Shown here: one piece after another, positions 26,675 to 32,000 of the stretch
Position numbering within the stretch: position 1 is the stretch's first letter
How the letters are laid out: every line of letters begins with the position of its first letter
Made by a program: the position numbers and the translations under genes
Notes under the pieces: model-generated
Databases searched by the model: none
What the model saw: the letters and a program-made list of their open reading frames with translations, nothing else
What the model was told of the DNA's origin: nothing
Assembly: GCA_031271785.1 (NCBI GenBank)
Contig: JAISUZ010000076.1
Coordinates: forward strand, 1 to 32,000
Length of the DNA stretch: 32,000 nucleotides
Direction: 5' to 3'
Source: Fibrobacter sp.
Lineage (GTDB): Bacteria > Fibrobacterota > Fibrobacteria > Fibrobacterales > Fibrobacteraceae

Positions 26675-27403
26675 ATGCTTTACGGTATTTTTTCCGATAT
26701 TCATTCCAATCTTGCGGCTTTTGAGGCTGTTCTCGAATCCATGCGCGCCTTTCCTTTGGAACGGCGCATTTGTTTAGGGGATTTGGTCGGTTACGGTACG
26801 GATGTGAACGAATGCGTGGAGCTCGCGAAAGAAAATACCGACGTCTGCCTGATCGGGAATCACGATAGCGTGGCTCTCCGGTGGGAATCGAATCTTGCGT
26901 TTAATCCTTATGCGAAGCGCGCGATTGAGTGGACTCAGGAACACCTTTCCGAGAGTTCGCAAAATTACATGAAGACGCTGCATTATATGCATGAGGAAAA
27001 CGATATTTGTTTTGTGCATGCTTCTCCGGTGTCTCCGGCGGAATGGATTTACATTACCGATTTGGAAGATGCGCTTGATGCGTTTGATCATTTTTCCACG
27101 CATTACTGTTTTGTGGGGCATACGCACAGTCCGGTGATTGTCGCGATGCACGATGAAGAGATTCCGAAGATTGTGGAAGAAAATTCCTATACGCGTCTTC
27201 CGGGCGAGCGGCTTTTGGTGAATGTCGGGAGCGTGGGGCAGCCTCGCGACCGTGACCCGCGCGCGTGCTGGTGTCTTTTTGATTCGGAGAAAGGTTCGGT
27301 GGAGTTGATTCGCGTGCCTTACGATATTCACCTGACGCAGGAGCGCATGCGTGCCGCGGGTTCGCCGGCATTCCTGATTGACCGTCTTGAGGTGGGGCGT
27401 TGA
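26675..27403 (+). CDS. Calcineurin-like metallophosphoesterase
   Basis: Motifs DIHSN, GDLVGYG, GNHD and GHTH occur in canonical order. 242 aa. Confidence 0.9.
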   Translation: MLYGIFSDIHSNLAAFEAVLESMRAFPLERRICLGDLVGYGTDVNECVELAKENTDVCLIGNHDSVALRWESNLAFNPYAKRAIEWTQEHLSESSQNYMKTLHYMHEENDICFVHASPVSPAEWIYITDLEDALDAFDHFSTHYCFVGHTHSPVIVAMHDEEIPKIVEENSYTRLPGERLLVNVGSVGQPRDRDPRACWCLFDSEKGSVELIRVPYDIHLTQERMRAAGSPAFLIDRLEVGR

Positions 27404-27858
27404 AGATTTCCCTCGTTTCTTTCGGAAAACCGGGTTCGGCATTCGTTTCCGACGAGGTTTCGCGTTACTTGAAACGTTTGCGGCGCGCGGCGCGGGTGGA
27501 AGAAGTGGAGCTGAAAGAGTCGCGCCGGGAGGATAAGCGCTCGGGGCTTTCGGAAGAAGCTCTCGCGTTTGAAAAACGGTTTCCCGCCGGAACAAGTACC
27601 CGTATTATTTTATCCGAAGAAGGGAAGCTCATGGATACGCTCCGGCTTTCCAAGTGGCTGGAAGCCCGCGCTTCTTCGCATCTCGTGTTTTTGATCGGTT
27701 CCGCTTACGGTATCGACGATTCTTTGAAATCGAGCGCGGATCTGCTGCTTTCGCTTTCTCCGCTCACCTTTACGCATGATCATGCCCGCGTGATTCTTGC
27801 CGAACAAGTTTACCGCTGCCTGATGGTGATGGCAGGACATCCGTATCATCACCAATGA
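27400..27858 (+). CDS. rlmH: 23S rRNA (pseudouridine1915-N3)-methyltransferase RlmH (SPOUT family)
   Basis: 152 aa. RlmH-like sequence: MKISLVSFGK...LSEEGKLMDT...FLIGSAYGI...LSLSPLTFTHDHARVILAEQVYR. TTG start in a TTGA overlap with the upstream stop. Confidence 0.88.
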   Translation: MKISLVSFGKPGSAFVSDEVSRYLKRLRRAARVEEVELKESRREDKRSGLSEEALAFEKRFPAGTSTRIILSEEGKLMDTLRLSKWLEARASSHLVFLIGSAYGIDDSLKSSADLLLSLSPLTFTHDHARVILAEQVYRCLMVMAGHPYHHQ

Positions 27859-28871
27859 AAGCTTATATTTTACGCCGTCTTTTGCTGATGATTCCCACGC
27901 TGATCGGGATTACGCTCGTGTGTTTTGTGCTGATTCAGTTTATTCCGGGCGGGCCGGTGGAGGAACTTATTTCCCGTGTGCAGAGTGCGGCGGCTATGCG
28001 GGGCGGGGCCGATGCTTCCAAAGCGCTTTCGCCGGAGCAGATTGAGCAGATCCGGGAACATTTCGGGTTTAACGAACCTGCCTGGAAGCGTTATTTTATT
28101 TGGCTCAAGCAGGTTTTCCTTTTGGATCTCGGGGAGTCTTACACTTACGGAAAGCCGGTGTGGGATGTGATTGTGACCCGGTTTCCGGTGTCGCTCTTTT
28201 TCGGACTGACTTCCTTTTTTATTTCTTACCTTATCTGTATTCCGCTGGGGCTTTTGAAAGCGGTAAAACACGGGAGCCGTTTTGATTCCGTTACGTCGGG
28301 GCTTATTTTTTCCGGTTATGTGATGCCGGGTTACGCGCTCGGTGTGCTTCTCATTATTTTTCTTTCGGGCGGTTCGTTCTTTGATATTTTCCCTTTGGGC
28401 GGACTTGTTTCCGATTATTATGAGGAGCTTTCTTTTTTCGGGAAAGTTCTCGATCTGCTTCATCACCTGGCGCTGCCGATGTTTTGTTATATGATGAGCG
28501 AGTTTGCGTTTCTCACAATTCTGATGAAAAATTCCGCTCTCGAAGAGCTCGGGCGCGATTACATGAGAACGGCGCTCGCGAAAGGACTTTCTTTCCGGGA
28601 GGCGGTACTGAAACATGCGCTGCGGAATGCGCTTATTCCGATTGTTACACGCATGAGCGAGATTTTTACGCTGATGTTTGCCGGGGCGCTTTTGATTGAA
28701 AAAGTGTTTGATATTGACGGCATGGGACTCCTTTATTACAACTCCATGGTGAACCGGGATTACAATGTGGTGATGGGCGTGATTCTGCTTTCGAGCCTGA
28801 TGGCGATGCTTGGGCGGCTTTTCAGCGATATTCTTTATACTATGGTGGATCCGCGGATAAAATATCAATGA
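27855..28871 (+). CDS. ABC peptide/opine-type importer permease (YejB/OppB-like)
   Basis: N-terminus MKAYILRRLLLMIPTLIGITLVCFVLIQFIPGGPVE and an EAA-like loop DYMRTALAKGLSFREAVLKHALRNA. ATGA overlap with rlmH. Confidence 0.9.
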   Translation: MKAYILRRLLLMIPTLIGITLVCFVLIQFIPGGPVEELISRVQSAAAMRGGADASKALSPEQIEQIREHFGFNEPAWKRYFIWLKQVFLLDLGESYTYGKPVWDVIVTRFPVSLFFGLTSFFISYLICIPLGLLKAVKHGSRFDSVTSGLIFSGYVMPGYALGVLLIIFLSGGSFFDIFPLGGLVSDYYEELSFFGKVLDLLHHLALPMFCYMMSEFAFLTILMKNSALEELGRDYMRTALAKGLSFREAVLKHALRNALIPIVTRMSEIFTLMFAGALLIEKVFDIDGMGLLYYNSMVNRDYNVVMGVILLSSLMAMLGRLFSDILYTMVDPRIKYQ

Positions 28872-29899
28872 ACCGGGAAACGCAAAATAAAATTCAACGA
28901 TTCCGCAAACGCAAGCGCGCGTGGTATTCTTTTGTGGTGCTTTGCGTTTTATTTTTGCTTTCGCTCACGAGTCCCTGGCTTGTGAATGATAAGCCTTTGA
29001 TTTTGGAATTTGAAAACCGCATTTATTTTCCGGTATTTTTTCATTATTCCGAAAGTGATTTCGGCGGGAAATACCCAACGGAACCCGATTACAAAATTTT
29101 TATAGAGCGGGAAAAAGAGAACGGAAAAAGTGTGCGGGCGCTGATGCCGCCTGTTCCGCATGATCCGCTAAAAGCCGATTTGTCTTCCGAGGAGGGCGCG
29201 CCGCCGTTTGCGCCTTCTGCGAAACATCTTTTGGGAACGGATGAAAACGGAAGGGATGTGCTTTCGCGTTTGATTCACGGTTTTAGAATTTGTATGTCGT
29301 TCAGTTTGCTTTTGACGGTTCTCGGTACGTTTCTCGGGATTTTGATCGGCGGTATTCAGGGGTATTTGGGGAGAACCTGGGATCTTGCGTTTCAGCGCGG
29401 GATTGAAATCTGGTCGTCGCTTCCGTTTCTTTATGTGGTGATTTTGCTCGGAAGCATTTACGGGCGGAGTTTTATTCTTTTAATTTTGATTATGGCGGCG
29501 TTTAACTGGATTTCTCTCAGTTATTATATGCGTGCCGAGTTTTTTAAGTTGAAGTCGCTTGCTTATGTGAAGGCGGCGAAAATTCAAGGGCTTTCTTCCC
29601 GGCATATTTTCTTTAGGGAGATTCTTCCGAATGCGATGTCGCCGGTGGTGACGCTTTTTCCGTTTACGCTGATCGGCAGTATCGGAAGCCTGACTTCTCT
29701 TGATTTTCTGGGATTCGGTTTGAATCCGCCCACGCCGAGCTGGGGCGAACTGTTATCGCAGGGATTAAATAATTTACATGCGCCATGGATTTCCGTCAGT
29801 ACGGTGATCGCTCTTTTTCTGACGCTTTTGCTCGCTACGTTTGTGGGCGAGGGTATTCGCGATGCGATGGATCCGAAATCGGGGGGCCGTTATGAATAA
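28868..29899 (+). CDS. ABC peptide/opine-type importer permease (YejE/OppC-like)
   Basis: OppC-like features: HLLGTDENGRDVLSRLIHG and an EAA-like loop YVKAAKIQGLSSRHIFFREILPNA. ATGA overlap with the upstream gene. Confidence 0.9.
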   Translation: MNRETQNKIQRFRKRKRAWYSFVVLCVLFLLSLTSPWLVNDKPLILEFENRIYFPVFFHYSESDFGGKYPTEPDYKIFIEREKENGKSVRALMPPVPHDPLKADLSSEEGAPPFAPSAKHLLGTDENGRDVLSRLIHGFRICMSFSLLLTVLGTFLGILIGGIQGYLGRTWDLAFQRGIEIWSSLPFLYVVILLGSIYGRSFILLILIMAAFNWISLSYYMRAEFFKLKSLAYVKAAKIQGLSSRHIFFREILPNAMSPVVTLFPFTLIGSIGSLTSLDFLGFGLNPPTPSWGELLSQGLNNLHAPWISVSTVIALFLTLLLATFVGEGIRDAMDPKSGGRYE

Positions 29900-30842
29900 G
29901 ACGGTACTGCAGGTGCGTAATGTTTCCGTTGCTTTTGGCGTGCCTGTCGCGGATCATGTTTCTTTCGAACTCAGGGAAGGCGAGTTTTTTGCGCTGGTCG
30001 GAGAATCGGGCTCGGGAAAGAGCGTGACGGCGATGACTTTGGTTCAGCTTCTCCCGCGCCCTGGCGCTAAAATTATTTCCGGAGAGGTTATTCTCGACGG
30101 CGTTGATTTGTTAAAAATTCCTTTGTCTGAAATCCGAAAGTACCGCGGGAAACGTATTTCCTGTATTTTTCAGGAACCGATGCTTGCTTTAAATCCGGTG
30201 CTTTCCATCGGTGCGCAGCTGCGGGAAGTTCTCCGCGAACTTTCTTTGGCCGAAGCGGCTGAACGGATTGAGCATTTTCTGAATCTCGCCGGATTTTCCG
30301 GTCACGCGCGGATTTTAAAGGCGTTTCCTCACGAGCTTTCGGGCGGGATGCTTCAGCGCGTTTGTATTGTGATGGCGCTGCTCCCGCTTCCGCAGGTTTT
30401 GATTGCCGATGAACCCACTACGGCTCTCGATGTGACGGTGCAGGCGCAAGTGATGGATGTGCTTCGGAAACTGGCCCGGGAATCCAAAACCGCCGTACTT
30501 TTGATTACTCACAACATGGGGCTCGTGGCGCAGTATGCGCAGCGCGTTGGTGTCCTGTATGCAGGGCAGATGGTAGAAATGGGGGACACCGACGCGGTGA
30601 TACGCTCCCCGGAACACCCTTATACCCGCGGGCTTCTCGCCGCGATTCCCGAAATGAATTCTACGCTGAAATCATTGCATGCGATTCCGGGGAGCGTACC
30701 GAGCCCCGCCGATTATGATTCCGGCTGCCGTTTCCGCACTCGCTGCGCGTTTGCCGTTCCTGTTTGCCAAAATCCGCCGCCCTGTAAAGAGACGGATTCG
30801 CATTTTTACCGGTGTTGGATCCGGTTCTCCTTGCAATCATGA
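29892..30842 (+). CDS. ABC importer ATP-binding protein (OppD/DppD-like, single NBD)
   Basis: Walker A GESGSGKSVT, signature LSGGMLQRV, Walker B LIADEPTTALD and an H-loop ITHN. A Cys-rich C-terminal extension is present. The ATG at 29892 overlaps the upstream stop by 8 nt. Confidence 0.92.
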   Translation: MNKTVLQVRNVSVAFGVPVADHVSFELREGEFFALVGESGSGKSVTAMTLVQLLPRPGAKIISGEVILDGVDLLKIPLSEIRKYRGKRISCIFQEPMLALNPVLSIGAQLREVLRELSLAEAAERIEHFLNLAGFSGHARILKAFPHELSGGMLQRVCIVMALLPLPQVLIADEPTTALDVTVQAQVMDVLRKLARESKTAVLLITHNMGLVAQYAQRVGVLYAGQMVEMGDTDAVIRSPEHPYTRGLLAAIPEMNSTLKSLHAIPGSVPSPADYDSGCRFRTRCAFAVPVCQNPPPCKETDSHFYRCWIRFSLQS

Positions 30843-30965
30843 GTGTACGATATTAATTACATATTACATATTATTTAATTTATTTATCTTCTTTAGACGT
30901 TATTTGTAGTTAAATCCTTCTTTAAATTTCTGGCTTAATCCCTGGTGTTTTATTATATTTTTCCT

Positions 30966-32000
30966 GTGAAATTACTCCTCTTTTTCATGCTTGTTTTAGC
31001 CTTGCTTTCCTGTTCCGAGTTTAAACCGGAAGACTGGAGTAATGTTTTGGGTGAAGCCGGTTCCAGTTCGGTCGGCGGAGATTTTTCCAGCGAAGCCGAA
31101 ATATCTTCTTCAAGTGTTTTTTCAAGCTCTTCCTTTACCCAGTCAGGTCAGGATTTATCATCTTCAAATATGCCGGAGGAAAGCAGTTCCTCGGCAAACG
31201 GTTCCGGTAGTTCTTCTTCGGCTGAAAACGCCTCTAGTTCATCCTCAGTAACGGACAACAGCTCTTCTTCTGCCGTAACATCTTCAAGCAGTTCAAGTGC
31301 CCGGAGTTCTTCCAGCGTACCTGTTTCATCAAGCGCTTGTGCAGGTCCGGTCGATTGTTACGGCAAGTTAAAAACAAACGGCAAAAATATTGTGAGTTCA
31401 AAAACGAATCAGCTTGTGCAAATACGCGGTGTGAGTCTTTCGGGAGTGCTAGATTTTTATAATAAAACTGTCGTGCAAGCCATGGCGGAAGATTGGAAAG
31501 CAGAAGTGATCCGTGTAACAACACATACCTATAATAATAATATTGTACCTCCTGAACCAATCGTGACACAGGTAATTGATGAAGCCATAAGTAGAGGGAT
31601 ATATGTCATTATCACTTGGGCTCCTGAAAAAACAGGTGACATCAATGTAGATGCAGCAAAAACATTTTTTGCCCCGATGGTTAAAAAATACGGTAGAGAA
31701 GATCACGTGATTTTTGAAATTCTCGACGGTTCCCTGAATAATAATTGGATGAATATAAAAAATTATGCCAACGAGGTTATTTCATACATTCGTGCCGGTT
31801 CGGATAATCTTATTTTAGTGGGGACATCACATTCAAATCAAGGTGTCTATGAGGTAATAAATAACAAGATTACTGCTTATGAAAATGTGGCGTATGTCTT
31901 GCAATTTACAGCGGATGTAACACCGGATATGATCGCACCGCCCGATTGGTCGCGTCCTTTTAGGGTCGTAATAGAACAAGTACTCCAAAATAATATTCCC
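30966..32000 (+). CDS. GH5 (cellulase-family)-like lipoprotein with a Ser-rich linker; 3' end lies outside the window
   Basis: This ORF is absent from the supplied track because it has no stop in the window. The GTG at 30966 gives MKLLLFFMLVLALLSCSE, a lipoprotein signal with a lipobox Cys. A roughly 90-aa Ser-rich linker follows. The GH5-like core then reads LVQIRGVSLSG...FYNKTVVQAMAEDWKAEVIRV...GIYVIITW...HVIFEILDGS...LILVGTS...NVAYVLQFTA. Confidence 0.8.
   Translation, partial: MKLLLFFMLVLALLSCSEFKPEDWSNVLGEAGSSSVGGDFSSEAEISSSSVFSSSSFTQSGQDLSSSNMPEESSSSANGSGSSSSAENASSSSSVTDNSSSSAVTSSSSSSARSSSSVPVSSSACAGPVDCYGKLKTNGKNIVSSKTNQLVQIRGVSLSGVLDFYNKTVVQAMAEDWKAEVIRVTTHTYNNNIVPPEPIVTQVIDEAISRGIYVIITWAPEKTGDINVDAAKTFFAPMVKKYGREDHVIFEILDGSLNNNWMNIKNYANEVISYIRAGSDNLILVGTSHSNQGVYEVINNKITAYENVAYVLQFTADVTPDMIAPPDWSRPFRVVIEQVLQNNIP

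Noticed and set aside
26774-27595. 273-aa minus-strand ORF antisense to the metallophosphoesterase and rlmH genes; similar cases at 6876-7637 and 11823-12518
   Set aside because: It overlaps well-supported sense genes, is Arg/Pro-rich without motifs, and has no RBS or operon context.
27870-28868. 332-aa minus-strand ORF almost exactly mirroring the yejB-like permease gene
   Set aside because: Its His/Lys/Arg/Asn-rich composition has no recognisable domain. The sense-strand gene has clear ABC permease motifs and coupled start and stop codons, so this is an antisense-frame artefact.

Overview
Chromosomal window, about 50% GC, tightly packed, probably from an FCB-group or Fibrobacter-like bacterium (low-confidence guess from gene content). 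I call 24 protein genes. Minus strand, 685-6283: a TolC-like / membrane-fusion / RND efflux operon. Plus strand, 6492-16777: alaS translationally coupled to a GGGPS/PcrB-family prenyltransferase, then a coupled run of small membrane protein, ABC-2 ATPase, ABC-2 permease, two divergent PilT-like ATPases and a patatin-Omp85 (PlpD-like) outer-membrane protein. Plus strand, 17009-21009: MoxR, DUF58 and a transglutaminase-like membrane protein. These are followed by clpB (+), rpiA and a slyD-like FKBP (both -), an LMW phosphotyrosine phosphatase, a metallophosphoesterase, rlmH, yejB/yejE-like permeases with one OppD-like ATPase, and a 3'-truncated GH5-like lipoprotein with a Ser-rich linker. I found no tRNA, rRNA, CRISPR array or transposase gene. 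The most unusual signal is non-coding. Three long gene-free islands (1-655, 21010-21879, 26191-26674) are dense in GC-rich hairpins. They share a mosaic of conserved sequence modules, including 28/28 and 21/21 nt identities, a roughly 60-nt core and a 61-nt tandem repeat. Each island begins just downstream of a gene's stop codon, in that gene's orientation. This looks like an uncharacterised structured-RNA or BIME/MITE-like element family. Secondary points: both PilT-like proteins keep Walker A but lose the Walker B Glu, Asp-box and His-box signatures, and the GH5-like protein has its visible catalytic signature residues substituted. All alignments and folds were done by eye, with no database search or folding program.
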